A stretch of DNA of 64,000 nt from Octopus vulgaris (lineage: Eukaryota): NCBI GenBank assembly GCA_951406725.2, contig OX597825.1, positions 62,000,001-62,064,000 on the forward strand, in the 5' to 3' direction. Below, piece after piece: positions 39,360 to 54,262 of this stretch. The position numbers were made by a program, and so were the translations under genes. The notes below the pieces were generated by a model. It ran no database searches. It worked only from the letters and a program-made list of their open reading frames with translations, and was not told where the DNA came from. The stretch's first letter is position 1. The number at the start of each line of letters is the position of its first letter.

Positions 39360-39805
39360 AACTTTATTTAAGCTGCCTTTGTACCAGGATCCTCCAGAGG
39401 CCAAGAGTAGCAAGGGCACTTTTGTTTTGCTTTGCATGCTAAAATTATCGCCACATTTATTCCATTTTAGATGGAAAGTGCTTTCCATAGAATATGGGCT
39501 GTACCCACGAGGTTACCTTTTGTAGTTCACAGAAATTGGAGTTACCAGTGAGTTGCTTAATATACTTCTCAGCTCCCTTCTTTATCATTCCCAACGCACC
39601 AATTACTACTGATATTGTCGTTGTACTAAGCTTCCACATTTTTGTTATTTCAATTTGCAGATCTTTAATAGTGAGAAAGCTATTCATTTCTTGAGACATT
39701 TTGATCTTGTGGGACAGACATATCTATTAACAGACAAGTTCCTCTGTTGCAGTCCTTGCTCGCAATGTCTGGTCGATTGGAGTCAACTTTTCTGTCTGTT
39801 TGTAT
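39360..39805 (-). mobile_element. R4/Dong-type LINE 3' fragment, family 3
   Basis: QTDRKVDSNRPDI..CLLIDMSVP..KDLQIEITKMWKL..VVIGALGMIKKG. Confidence 0.85.
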
Positions 39806-39970
39806 TGGGAAGTTCCAAAGGATGGTGACGCCCTCGCCATTTACTACATCCTCTGGGATTTAATTCTGAAGTATTTACAAGCATTGACAATATTTAGGAG
39901 CTCTTCTAATTCTTTGTTTTCGATCATTTTGTTGTTGTTGTTGTTGTTGTTGTTGTACTTCTTCTTCTTC

Positions 39971-40005
<35 letters not shown>

Positions 40006-40017
40006 TTCATCATCATT

Positions 40018-40087
<70 letters not shown>

Positions 40088-40090
<3 letters not shown>

Positions 40091-40200
40091 TATGTTTGAT
40101 TTTGCTTTATATTTGTACAAGTTGGCTCCAAGTCTCACCCAGAGACCTCAAGAGACAACAGGTTGGAAGTTCATGTTGTTGTTATGCCTAGTGTGCCATA
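40088..40200 (-). mobile_element. 3' tip of the family-2 Dong-type LINE
   Basis: Near-identical to 38733-38848, next to (ATT)n. Confidence 0.85.
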
Positions 40201-40227
40201 TATATGTTTTTGCTTTTTGTTTTTTAG

Positions 40228-40265
<38 letters not shown>

Positions 40266-40639
40266 CATCATCATCATCAATGTGGCAAGCTGGTAAAATC
40301 AGTAACACACCTGACATGATACTTAATGATCTTTCTTCTGGCTTTACCTTCTGAGTTCAAATTGTGATAAGGTCTACTTTGTTTTTCATCCTTTCAGGGT
40401 CAATAAAATAAGTAACAATTGAGCATTGGGGTTGATGTAATCGACTAATCCTCACCCACCCAAATTTCAGCCTGGTGCCTATAATAGGAATGGTTATTAT
40501 TGTTATTGTAGTTGTTGTATTTTGCTTCTGCTTTTGGAGTATTAATAATATTTGTCTCTTTTCATGCTGGCACCAGCAAATACAATTACAAAAATACTCT
40601 TGTTATTAGAAGTGTTTAGATGTGCTAGGCATATGATAT

Positions 40640-41453
40640 TTCTTTCTACTCTAGGCACAAGGCCTGAAATTTTGGGGGAGGGGGCCAGTCGATTAGATCT
40701 ACCCTAATATTCAACTGGTACTTAATTTATCTACCCCGAAAGGATAAAGGCAAAGTCAACCTTGGCAGAACTTGAACTCAGAATGTAAAAACTGATGAAA
40801 TATTGCTAAGAATTTCGCCCAGTGGGCTAATGATTCTGCCAACTTGCTGCCTTGCTAAACCTATGATTTATTGGTAACAATCTCCTTAAAATATTGAATT
40901 GACTTAAATCCCACCCTGCAAAATAAATAAATAAAATGAAAAGCTGAGTTGGTTTCAGCAGGGATAGAAACTGGATCATAATGAGGCAGGCATTTTTTTC
41001 CCCATCAATTTAACAATTCAGCCAACTTTCAAATGGAATTAACAGATATTGTTATTCATTTCTACTCTAGGCACAAGGCCCGAAATTTTAGGGGAGGGGG
41101 CCAGTTGATTAGATCGACTCCAGTATGCAACTGGTACTTAATTTATCGACCCTGAAAGGATGAAAGGTAAAGTCAACCTCTACAGAATTTGAACTCTGAA
41201 CATAATGACAGACGAAATACCTATTTCTTTACTACCCACAAGGGGCAAAACACAGCGGAGACAAACAAGGACAGACAAATGCATTAAGTCGATTATATCG
41301 ACCCCAATGCGTAACTGGTACTTAATTTATCAACCCCGAAAGGATTAAAGGCAAAGTCGATCTAAGCGGAATTTGAACTCAGAACGTAACGGCAGACAAA
41401 ATACCGCTAAGCATTTTGCCCGGCATGCTAACATAACTGCCAAATTGCCGCCT
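40640..41453 (-). mobile_element. two Deu/Nin-domain SINEs (monomer 40640-40853, dimer 41057-41453) with duplicated flank
   Basis: The flank at 40854-41056 recurs at 41454-41667. Confidence 0.85.
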
Positions 41454-41676
41454 TGCTAGGCATATGATATATTGGTAACAATCTCCTTAAAATATTCAAT
41501 TGATTTAAATCCCACCCCACAAAATAAATAAATTAATTAATAAAATGAAAAGCTGAGCTGGCTTCAGCAGGAATAGAAACTGTATCATAATGAGCCAGCC
41601 AGTTTTCCTTTTCCAGCAATCTAACAATTCAGCCTATTTTCGAATGGAAATAACAGATATTGTTATTACAAAGAAA

Positions 41677-42189
41677 TCTATATATATAAAACTGTAGTTG
41701 TGTGAGTGTCTGTCCCCTTCGATTTAGATTCCTAACTACTCCCACATTTTGCGGTGCAGTTTAACCAAATTCGTGTATCTTATAGTTGTGATTCATATCA
41801 AGCCCGTCTGAGTATTAGCGTGCGTCTACAATGAGTCTACGATTTTAAAAATAATTTAACATCATTTTTTATTCCATTTTAATGCATAATTTTTCGTGTG
41901 TCGATGGCGGCGGAGTTGGCGTCCATGGTCACACCCGCACCTGTTTGCTTCTCCCCCTTCTTCCCTCCCTCGTGAAGCTGTGGGGAAGGGAGTGTAAGGA
42001 AATCAACGTCGTAAAGCGTTGTCAAGGAGACCAGCGTTCTTTTAGAACAACGACTTCATGGCTTGAAGACACCAAAACAGAAATGGCTAAGAAAGCCCGA
42101 ATTGGCATCTATAAGGGAAGTAACTCTCTAAAAATGCTTATATAGTTATTTCCCTTACAAACCCGAGCAATGCCGGGCGATACTGCTAG
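41677..42189 (+). mobile_element. non-autonomous Helitron
   Basis: Starts TC (TCTATATATATAAAA), ends CTAG, lies between A and T with no TSD, and has a GC-rich subterminal hairpin CCCGAGC-AAT-GCCGGG at 42162-42177. Confidence 0.88.
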
Positions 42190-42204
42190 TACCTTATAAA
42201 ACTA

Positions 42205-42605
42205 CCTTGTTATTAACAATTTAACAGTAGCATTGCCCTCTCTTAGTGTTAAGGAATACTTTATACTCTATGACACTTCTCTGATATTAGCATGTTAACA
42301 AAAATAATATCATTAGCATGAAAAATACTTTATATTTTATGACACTGATCTTAGCAATCTAACGGAGGAAATACATGTTGTAGCTGCATGAGAATTCTTC
42401 GTATGCTTTATGTCATTATCGTGTTAGTAGCAATTTCACTGAAGTAATAGATAATGTAAGTGAAAAAATACTTTCTATTTTGTGACTGCTTTGATATTAA
42501 CAATTTAACAGAATTAATAGATATTGTTAGTAGGAAGAAATTCTTTATATTTTGTGACACTCTTTTGTTATTAACAATTTAAGGCAAATAATGGATATTG
42601 TGAAT
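42205..42605. repeat. ancient AT-rich minisatellite with a unit of about 70 bp
   Basis: Recurring AATACTTTATATTTT.TGACAC..TATTAACAATTTAAC. Confidence 0.65.
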
Positions 42606-42820
42606 GTGTAGAAACACATACATCATTTTTCCTTTGTTGTCAAGAAATACTGTTAAATAATTTTTGAGAATATAACAACCATAGAAGATGAATGGTTGCT
42701 GCAGTTGTTAAATCTTTATTAAGCAGTTATATGATCAAAGCTATTCCTGTTATCTCCATTTTGCCTTTCTTCCTCATGTTTTCGTTATTAATGATTTAAT
42801 CAGCACCTATGACACTTTAC

Positions 42821-43166
42821 GTGGAGGTGCATGGCTTAGTGGTTAGGGTGTCAGCATTATGATCGTAAGATTGTGGTTTCGATTCCTAGACCGAGCGACG
42901 CGTTGCTTAGAGCAGTGGACTCGTGGGCGAGGGATCGTGGGTTCAAATCCCAGACTGGGCGAAGTGTTTGTTTATGAGTGAAACACCTAAGCTCCATGTG
43001 GCTCTGGCAGAAGGTAATAGTGAGATTCTGTTGGCTCTTTTGCTACAACTGGTTTCGATTCCTGGGCCGAGTGACATTCAACTGCATTCACATACTCCAT
43101 TGAAACCGGAAAATCGGCCCCATGAGCCTGGCTAAGCTTTAAAAGGGCGCATATATTTTTTTTTTT
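42821..43166 (+). mobile_element. rearranged (double-headed) tRNA SINE with TSD TATGACACTTTAC
   Basis: TSD at about 42808 and 43167; two tRNA-like heads in series. Confidence 0.75.
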
Positions 43167-44049
43167 ATGACACTTTACAAGGCATCCCAGATTTGTTAGG
43201 GAGAAAGAGAGAGGGAGTAGAAATTGTTCTCAGTTTTGGAGACTTTATTTGAATACTTTCAAAAGAAGGTACTTGGATAATAGTTTTCACATATGGACTC
43301 TGTTGGTCTCTTAATCGGATGTAGTTCAACTTTAAATTTCAAGAATGCATGTAGCATAGGTGTGTGTGTATGTATGTTGGTGACATGTACAAGGTACCCA
43401 TGCTAGTGAAAAGTAAAAGGCACCAAGTACACTCTATGGAGTGGTTGACCTTAGCAAGGGTATCCAGCCATAGAAACCAAGCCTGGTGCCGCTCTCCAGT
43501 TTACCATTTGCAGTCAAACTGGTTAACCCATGCCAGCATGGAGAATGGATGCTTAATGATGATGACGATGACAGTAGAGGTGGTGATGATGATGATAATG
43601 ATGATGATCATGATGATCATGTTTGACAATGTGTATGTAAGTATACACACACGCACATACACACACATATATATACAAATATAAATTTGTTTGAGCATAT
43701 GCATATGAGTATTGTATCTTCTGACATAAATTGACGTAGAGTAAACATACATGCCTCATCACTATTTTCCCAAGCCTTGCTGTATTTCACATGTCATTTA
43801 TTGCTTCAAAAAATTCAACTTGCATGCTGAAAAATATATTATGCATGTATGCACGTTCACAGACAGATATATAATATAATTGAGATTCAGTTAAGTTAAG
43901 TACTTAAATTGATTTATAAACTTTAGGTTTAAATTAGGTACTTAAACTGATTTATAAACTTTTCATTATTACAATATATATTTACTCCTTCCCAATGGTG
44001 AATTTCTTCTATCACGGTTGATATTTAATATGCATATTTTTTAATAGGT

Positions 44050-44315
44050 GGAGGAACATGGCCTAGTGGTCAGAGCAGCGGACTCGTGGTTGAGGGATCG
44101 TAGGTTCGAATCTTAGATTGGGTGATGTGTGTGTGTTTATGAGTGAAACATCTAAGCTCCACATGGCTCTGGTAGAAGGTAATGGCGAACTTCTGCTGAC
44201 TCTTTTGCCACAACTTTCTATCACTCTTTCCTCCTGCATCTTGCAGCTCACCTGTGATGGACCAGCATCCGGTCCAGGTGGGGAACCTATATGCTAAAGA
44301 AACCGGGAAACTGAC
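44050..44315 (+). mobile_element. tRNA-derived SINE
   Basis: TGGCCTAGTGG and GGTTCGAATC boxes; 18192-related body. Confidence 0.8.
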
Positions 44316-44319
44316 TCCC

Positions 44320-45250
44320 TTTTTTTCTTCTTGATCTCATATCCATACCTGGTTTTGTTGAGCATGGTACTTAATGGTGCCAGCGCCAAGCAGAATATTA
44401 AGGGTGACAGCAAGTTCCCTTGGAAGACACCACTTTTGATTTTGATTGGTCTGCTTGTTATTGATCTACTGGAATGGTTCAGCATCAACGTAGTTTCCCA
44501 TGTATTCATGCTGTGTTCCATAGATTTGATGAGAGTTGGGGATACTTTGTATACTTCCATCACTTTCAGAATCCATGATTGAGGTACACTATCAAACGCC
44601 TCTTTAAAAGTCAATCCATGATGTGCTCAGGTTCATTTTCCTGGTTTTATAGTCTTCAAGGATCATTTTGTTTATCAGCAATTGGTCCTTGCATCCATAG
44701 CTCCCTCTTCAACAACCTTTTTGTTCTGGTAGTAGTAGATTTTTTTTTCTTTTAGGAATGTGTATGTTCTTTCAGTGATTACAGATGTTAATATTTTATA
44801 CATTGTTGATAGACAGGTGACTGGTCTATAGTTCTTTGGGTTTCCTGTGTCATTTGTTTTTTGGTATTAGGTATGTCACTCCTTGTGTTAACCAGTCTGG
44901 GCTATTTTCTGGGTTTTTCATGACTTCGTTAAATACTGATGACATATCTCCATGTATATCAACTAGCTGTTTGATCCAGAAGTTTGGTACTCGATCTATT
45001 CCCAGTGACTTCCAATTGCTGTCCTTTTTCAGGGCCAGGGTGACATCCTCCTTTTGAATATCTTCCCATTCCTGTAGGAGTGTTTCTTGTTCCTTAATCC
45101 ATTCTGCATCTTCATTATGCTGTTTTTCATTTTCCCATATCGTACTCAAGAAATTTTCCATATCCTCTTTCTTTGATGGTTGCTCAGCATTTATTTGTTG
45201 TTTACCAAGTTCCCTGTAAAATTTCTTTCCACCTTCTTCAAATAATTTGT
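44320..45250 (-). mobile_element. R4/Dong-type LINE RT fragment next to (TAA)n
   Basis: NWKSLGIDRVPNFWIK..PDWLTQGVTYLIPK..NYRPVTCL..GCKDQLLINK..AFDSVPQSWI..GVFQGNLLSPLIFCLAL. Confidence 0.9.
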
Positions 45251-45283
45251 TTATTATTATTGTGTTATTATTATTAATTTGTG

Positions 45284-45359
<76 letters not shown>

Positions 45360-45895
45360 GTACTAGGTTGTTACCTGTCACTATGCTGCCAGCAAAAATA
45401 TTTGTTGATTATGTATGTACCTTCATAAATTGTTCAAATAACGTTTAGATTGACTTTCTGAGTGAAGATTAATAACAGTTTGAATACTGTTGTTGAACAA
45501 TAAACATTTATCTAAATTACAGCTTTTTTTTTGTTCTTGAAACAAATTTTAATTCTGTCTTTCACACACACTATTTCTCTCTCACTGTATTTCTTTCTCC
45601 TCAAGAACAATAACAAACTGTCATTTTAGTGAAAGTGTTTTTTTAAGTCTGTGTTACATTGTCTATAAAATGAAAGACAAACACACACACACACACAAAC
45701 AAAGAAAACCAAAAACATAACTATGTGCACTATATATGTTTGATGGAGAAATGTCATGGCCTCGTTTAGTATAGTCAGTTAATAGTTGATTGTTATAGAG
45801 TGAAAGTCTTTTTCTGTATTGCATTGATATGATAGGCCTGCACTTAAAATTTCTACGTTTTTAATCAAAGCTTGTTAGTTACAAGTGTGACAGCA

Positions 45896-47762
<1,867 letters not shown>

Positions 47763-49189
47763 ACACACACTCGACCTCTCTCACTGTATTTCACTCTCAG
47801 TAACAGCTTTTTCTCCTCACCTTTTTCCTTCCTTCTACACATATATTGTAACAGAGGTTATCTTCCCTTTTGATTCCTCCTCTTCTTTCATACATAAGAA
47901 GGTAATACACGTTTGTATGCATGTATGTATGTTTATATGTGATGGTCTTCCTTCAGTTTCTCTCTACAAAATCCACTAACAAGATTTTGGTCAATCTGGG
48001 ACTATAGTAGAAGACACTTGCTTAAGTTGCCATGCAGTAAGGCAGAAATCCACATAACCATACCTAAATGTGCACACACACACACACACACACACACATG
48101 CACACACACATGTTAGTGGCATTGTTATTTAGCTATTATAAAGCAAACCTATAACCACAGGGATTTCAAATGTAACTAATCTATCTTTAATTTTTATATG
48201 CAGTGTATCTAAATCTACATTCTCTAACAGGTCTTTAGACAATAGGTTGTATGAAGATAATTTGAACTGTCAATTCAATTTAACCTACAGTCAAGTAACT
48301 ACCAAATAAGAAAATCCTAAACAAAGAAATTCTTTGTTTAAAAAGAACCACAAACAAAAGATGGAAGTTATTCAAACTTTGCTAAATACCGTTCTAGAAT
48401 ATCTTTGTGTGTATGTGAGTGTATGTGTGTAGAGGTTTGTGTGTGTGTGTCTGTGTTTGTGTGTGTTTCATGTGTGCTCTGTATTTCTCTTTCTCTTTTC
48501 AACTATCTGATGTTATATATTTACAGAAATCAGATAAGTTTTTCTCAGACGAAACTGTCAGCTAAGTAAATAGAGAGAAGACTGGAGTAAGACAAAGCCA
48601 TATATGTATTCATCCGACCCATGCTTAAGTAGGAAAACAGATGTAAAATAAACACTTAGATGAACAAATATACATATCTGTGGACACCTGTATGTGTCAC
48701 GTATCCACCATAATGTGATGTCTGTCTAATATTTAACTCAATAATACTAATGCCATAATTTTTCTCATGTATTGTGATTAATAACCAAATAAAGTTTCCA
48801 TCTTTCTCCAGTTAAATATAAGACCTTTAAACTACTTAATATGAAATTAAATAGCAACAGAAGCAGTAAAACTAGACCAAGTTGTATGCCAGACAGTGGG
48901 AGAACCTTAAAACATTAGGGCTGCAAATGGAAATACAATCAATATGCTGCAGGAGAACAAATACAAGACTTCATCAAAAAGGGGAACATATAAAAAAAAA
49001 AACTACATAAGCAGCACAATAATAACATTTAAGTATAATTAGTTATCCCATCATTAGCTGCTCTGCTAGAAATCATTGTGGTTTTGACACCATGCAGTAC
49101 CATTCACTCCAACAGTGTTGTCAATGACAGAAATTATTTAAATGCTGTCTAGTAGTTAAAGGACACAATGAACATCACACATGTGTACT

Positions 49190-49257
49190 AGAAGAAGAAG
49201 AAGAAGAAGAAGAAGAAGAAGAAGAAGAAGAAGAAGAAGAAGAAGAAGAAGAAGAAG
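49190..49257. repeat. (GAA)n microsatellite
   Basis: Direct reading. Confidence 0.95.
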
Positions 49258-50943
49258 ACAGCACAGCTTTCAGAGACATGAGTAAGATGTCAACAAACAG
49301 GCATGCAAGCAGGCACACACTCACATATACACATCTATATGAGAGCTCGTTTTTTGGCTGATCCTGTGCTCAGAACTATTTCCTCTAAGGAAGAATACAT
49401 TTCTCTCCTTAGCTCTATGAGCTGACGAATGAAACACTTTGCAATTTTACAGATCCAGCATTGTTTACAGTAAGAAAATTAGAGCAATCTGTCATTGCTA
49501 CTTGAAACTTGTTAGACCCCCACTGAAATGATAGACTGGTGATCACCTATTCCTCTTCTGGTTGCCCTTAGCTAAATGGCAAAGAAAACCACGTCCCTAC
49601 CCCTGCCAAACACACAATGTAACAGAGTGGAATGAAATTCTCAATACTATTCTGAGGTTAGATAACTTTCTCTGTATTTCTATGTAGAAGCACTGTTCTG
49701 TATTGATTGAAGCCAAACATACAATAAGGAACATTGTGATGATTAATGCTTCAGTTATGTTTAAACTAATTATCTCTCCTTTTTATAGTTAACCTCTCTG
49801 ATCGATGAAACAATTCTAGCTATCCTGATATTCAGCAAGATCAGTTCTCTGAAAAAGCCATAATATTAGAAAGGATAAGGTATAGATAAGACATAATACC
49901 AATTATGTTTAAAATACCAGTTTTCAGGTTAAAATGGTTTCAAATAATATTTCCAAAACACTAAATATTTCGTTAGATATATTCCACTAAGTTACGTCTG
50001 AACGTCTTTGTAGTTTGCTGCTAATCAGGCATTATAATCAAGCCTTTATATTCGAAAATATCTATGAATATTTTCAATCAACACTGCTGTGTTTATCTAG
50101 AAAATAAAAGGAATTCAGTCAGATCACAATGACCTTTGAAATTAAACTACATCTTCTATGTTTTGTATGTTCTTGAGTTTTGTCAGCTTATGTTTCTTTC
50201 ATAACGAATCAGCTTCACTGAGGTGGAGATGGAATTGGTTGAGCTTAGAACCCATGAACTTGGAGTGAAATAAGTGGGGAATGTAGGTGACTGATGCCCA
50301 GTGCAAGTCAATTATTGCAGGTGGAAGGCATGCTATATATTTATAATTAGTCTTTGTTCTTTTTCATATATAGAATTTTGAACCCCTAAGAATTTTGCAT
50401 AATGGGCAACATTCCCTGTGGCATCATCCATGTTATGCCACTTGTGTAAAAGAAGTGATAAAAACAAGAAACTAAAGAAACACTTGCAGCAGAAAACTGA
50501 CAGTATCTTTAGAATGCCATCAAAATTGTTCCGCATGATTTGCCCCGGTTCTTTACTTTCCGAGTTCAAATCATGTCAAAATCAACTTTACCTTTTATCA
50601 TATTTGGAGTCTATAAAAGAAAATATCAATCAAGTAGTGGGGGTCAATGGAATAACCTATTCTTCTCTCTTCTAAAAATGACAGGTCTTGTACCTAAATA
50701 TGAAGCTCTCATTTATTCTATGTTTCCATTTCAGGAAATTGTGAAATGAACTTACTGCAAGGTGCATAATGTTAAAGAGATTGTTACTGTTTTTTTTTTC
50801 TCGTATACAAAGATACAATAAAGTATTTTACTTGTATGTTACTTATATATTATTAAGTACCAATAAAAATAAAAATGTGGGGTGCATCATATTCAAAAAT
50901 AAACGGTGCATCATCATCATTTAACATAGAAAAGAGACAATAA

Positions 50944-51086
50944 ATGATGATGATGGTGATGATGATGATGATGATGATGAAGAAGAAGAAGAAGAAGAAG
51001 AAGAAGAAGAAGAAGAAGAAGAAGAAGAAGAAGAAGAAGAAGAAGAAGAAGAAGAAGAAGAAGAAGAAGAAGAAGAAGAAGAAGAA
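50944..51086. repeat. (GAT)n-(GAA)n microsatellite
   Basis: Direct reading. Confidence 0.95.
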
Positions 51087-51509
51087 ACAGGTTTTTGAAT
51101 ATTATGCCATCCCTGATTTTTTGTACCTAATAAATCAGTAGTATGTCATTATATCTTACTTCTAGGGCAGCGAGCTGGCAGAAACATTAGCATGTCAGGC
51201 GAAATGCTTAGCAGTATTATGTCTGTCTTTACATTCTGAGTTCAAATTCCGCCGAGGTCACTTTTGCCGAGGTCACCAGTTTTATTCTCTAGTTCTAATG
51301 AAAAATTTGCTAAAAATTATAATGGAGTATCCTGTATGTTGAAAACTTATATGGTCTTAAGCATCTGAGAAAAGCAGTGAATTTCAAATTGATGTAATGC
51401 TTGCATTGATCAATTAAAGGGAGCTGCCTGAATTGACCGTAATACACTAATTCCCTGACATCTTTGTTACTTATTTTCTTTTTATTCCCTTTATTTCATA
51501 CTGTGTGGA

Positions 51510-51850
51510 TGGAATGATGGAAGCACTTCGTCGTAAAATTAACGTGTAAGTGGCTGAGCACTCCACAGACACGTGTACCCTTAACGTAGTTCTTGGGAAA
51601 ATTCAGCGTGACACAGAGAGGGACAAGGCCGGCCCTTTGAAATACAGGTACAACAGAAACAGGAAGTAAGAGTGAGAGAAAGTTGTGGTGAAAGAGTACA
51701 GCCGGGATCACCACCATCCCCTGCCGGAGCGTCGTGGAGCTTTAGGTGTATTCGCTCAATAAACATTCACAATGCCCGGTCTGGGAATCGAAACCGCGAT
51801 CCTACGACCGCGAGTCCGCTGCCCTAACCACTGGGCCATTGCGCCTCTAC
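51510..51850 (-). mobile_element. young tRNA-derived SINE (18192-type head with a different tail)
   Basis: Reverse complement of the GAGGCGCAATGGCCCAGTGGTTAGGG head. CTGTGTGGAT occurs on both sides. Confidence 0.88.
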
Positions 51851-52339
51851 TTCTGTGTGGATAATACTAGACTGACTTGATGCCTCAACTTAAGTACCTA
51901 ATTCAACTGAATCTTAATTATTTCTTATCTGTTTACCTACATATCCATAATACCTGTTTTAATTTGGGTACAAGGCCAGCAATTTTGATTGAAGTGGGTT
52001 ACTCAGTTACACTGACCCCAGAACTAGTCTGGCAATTTATTTCATTTATGCCAGAGAGATAAAAAGCAAAGTTGACCTCAGAGGAGATAGCATGTACAGA
52101 ACCAGAACAAATATAAGCTATTTTCCCTGATGTGGTAATGACTTTTGCTGGTGTGCCACTTTATATGCCTATCCAGTAACTGTTTCATATGGCTGTATAA
52201 TCACACATAAAGAACAAAATAACCAAATAAGGCAAAATCTACAAGACAGCTTATTCCTCGTTCCTAAAGTTTGGAAACCACCTTTTTTGAAATTTTTTAC
52301 AAATATCTTTTCTCTTTTATAGAAATAACTATTTAAAAG

Positions 52340-52780
52340 CACGGCCTGCTGTGCTAACCTTAGATCGTAGAGTGACCCACTGTTCCTGAAGATACCTATT
52401 GAGTCAAGTACATCAACACCAACATCAAAATAAAAATCAAATGGAAATTGTAGTTAAGATACCTGTGCCGGTGGCTCATAAGAACACCTTCCGAATGTGG
52501 CTGATGCCAGCGCCGCCTGACTGTTGTCTGTGTCGGTGACACGTAGAAAGCATCAACCAATCGTAGCTGTTTTCCAGCCTCCTCTGGCCTCTGTGCCAGT
52601 AGCACATAAAAAGCACCCACTACACTCATGGAGTGGTTGGCGTTAGGAAGGGCATCTAGCTGTAGAATCACTGCCAGATCAGACTGGAGCCTGGTGCAGC
52701 CTCCTGGCTTCCCAGACTCCGGTCGAACCATCCAACCCATACTGGCATGGAAAACGGATGTTAAACGATGATGATGATGA
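52340..52780 (+). mobile_element. single-copy relative of the 16597-18121 unit
   Basis: CCTATTGAGTCAAGT, an ATCAA linker, three GGTGGC.C.TA..AA.CACC sub-repeats, and the same GGCGTTAGGAAGGGCATC tail ending in GAT repeats. Confidence 0.8.
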
Positions 52781-53449
52781 GGAGGAGGATGAGGAGGAGG
52801 AGGAGGAGGAGGCAATTATACTATACTCTGCAAACTGCTTTGTACTACTTTATAAATTAAAGTGGAGAACTGGCAGAATCATTTGCACATTGGACAAAAT
52901 ACTCAATGGCCTTTTTTCTGGTTTTTCAAGTTAAGCTTTCAAGTGCCACAGATAGCAATTTTACCTTTCATCCTTTCTGGGTTGATAAAATAAAGTACCC
53001 CTCAAGAACTGAAGTCGATATAACCAAGGTAACCGCATCCTAATAGCTGACCATGTGTCAAAATTTAAAATAATCATTTTAATTACAATACGGCAACTTC
53101 ACATATCATGTATAAAATGGCTCCAAGTAGTACTTTATCAACCAGCTGCACATCATGAAGTACGCAATACAGCACAGACAATGCAACCATTATTAACATT
53201 TTAAACATTTGTTTAAAAGTAATTGGTGATCTCTCTAACATAAGAGATAAAACTTAAGTCCCTTCCTCAATCATTAATTTCTGTTTCATAACAATATATT
53301 TACAGGAATTCTAATTAAAGTCAGAAATCAGATACACTGCAAAGGGAAAGCTTCTCTGTCAGATTTTTAACAGATTCGGCTTGCATAAGATTATTAAAAA
53401 CCTGTTTCCTACAACATTATGAATAATTACCATTATTTTCACTTGGATA

Positions 53450-53667
53450 AGGTGGTGAGCTGGCAGAATCATTAGCATGCCAGGCAAGATGCTTAGCAGC
53501 ATTTCGTCCATCCTTATGTTCTGAGTTCAAGTTCCACTAAGGTTGGCTTTGCCTTTCATCCTCTTGGGGGTGGAAAAATAAGTACCAGTTGTGCACTGGG
53601 GTCAATGTAATTGACTAGCCCTCTCTCCCAATATCTCAAGTCTTGTGCCTATAGTAGAAAGGATTAT
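53450..53667 (+). mobile_element. Deu/Nin-domain SINE
   Basis: GGTGGTGAGCTGGCAGAATC head and GCCTTTCATCC core. ATTATTTTCAC.TGGAT flanks it as a TSD. Confidence 0.85.
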
Positions 53668-53864
53668 TTTCACCTGGATGAAATTAATTTAATGATTCAG
53701 TGCTAGACATCTTTCCCTGTGATACTATCATACTTTAACTTCTCAGCACCTTGAATAATGCCACCTCCTTCTGTACTACATTCTTCACTCCCACTCAGTC
53801 AAGGGAAGATTTTTCTTTTTGCAAGCTACATGACAACCTCACAAGTGCTGGTGCTATGATAAAT

Positions 53865-54262
53865 AATAATATAATAATGAAATGATTGTATACAGTGCTC
53901 AGGTGTACCACAACTTTTCAAAAGTGCATATAAAGCATATGCAGTAATGTACAAATGTCTGGAAAGTGAACAGTGTATGAGTCAGATACATGCTTGCATG
54001 TGTATGGAGGGGAGAAAATCGGGTGTAGTGTTGGCGAATCTCAGGAAGCATGAAAGTTTTGAAGGATGCAGTGCTTCGACAACTAACAACTGATGCTGGC
54101 AGTTTGTTCCATGCTTCAGCAACTCTTAGCATGAAAAAATGTTTCCGAAAGTCATGGGAGCTGTGCTGTTTTCTGACTTTGTAAACATGTCCACAGGTGT
54201 TAGACAGGTGAAGTTTGAAAAGGTGCTCAGTTATTGTTTGTAAGATGGTTAATTATTTTATA
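53865..54262 (-). mobile_element. CR1-type LINE 3' end
   Basis: YKIINHL..HLFKLHLSNT.GHVYKVRKQHSSHDFRKHFF.LRVAEAWNKLPASVV..STASFK. Confidence 0.85.
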
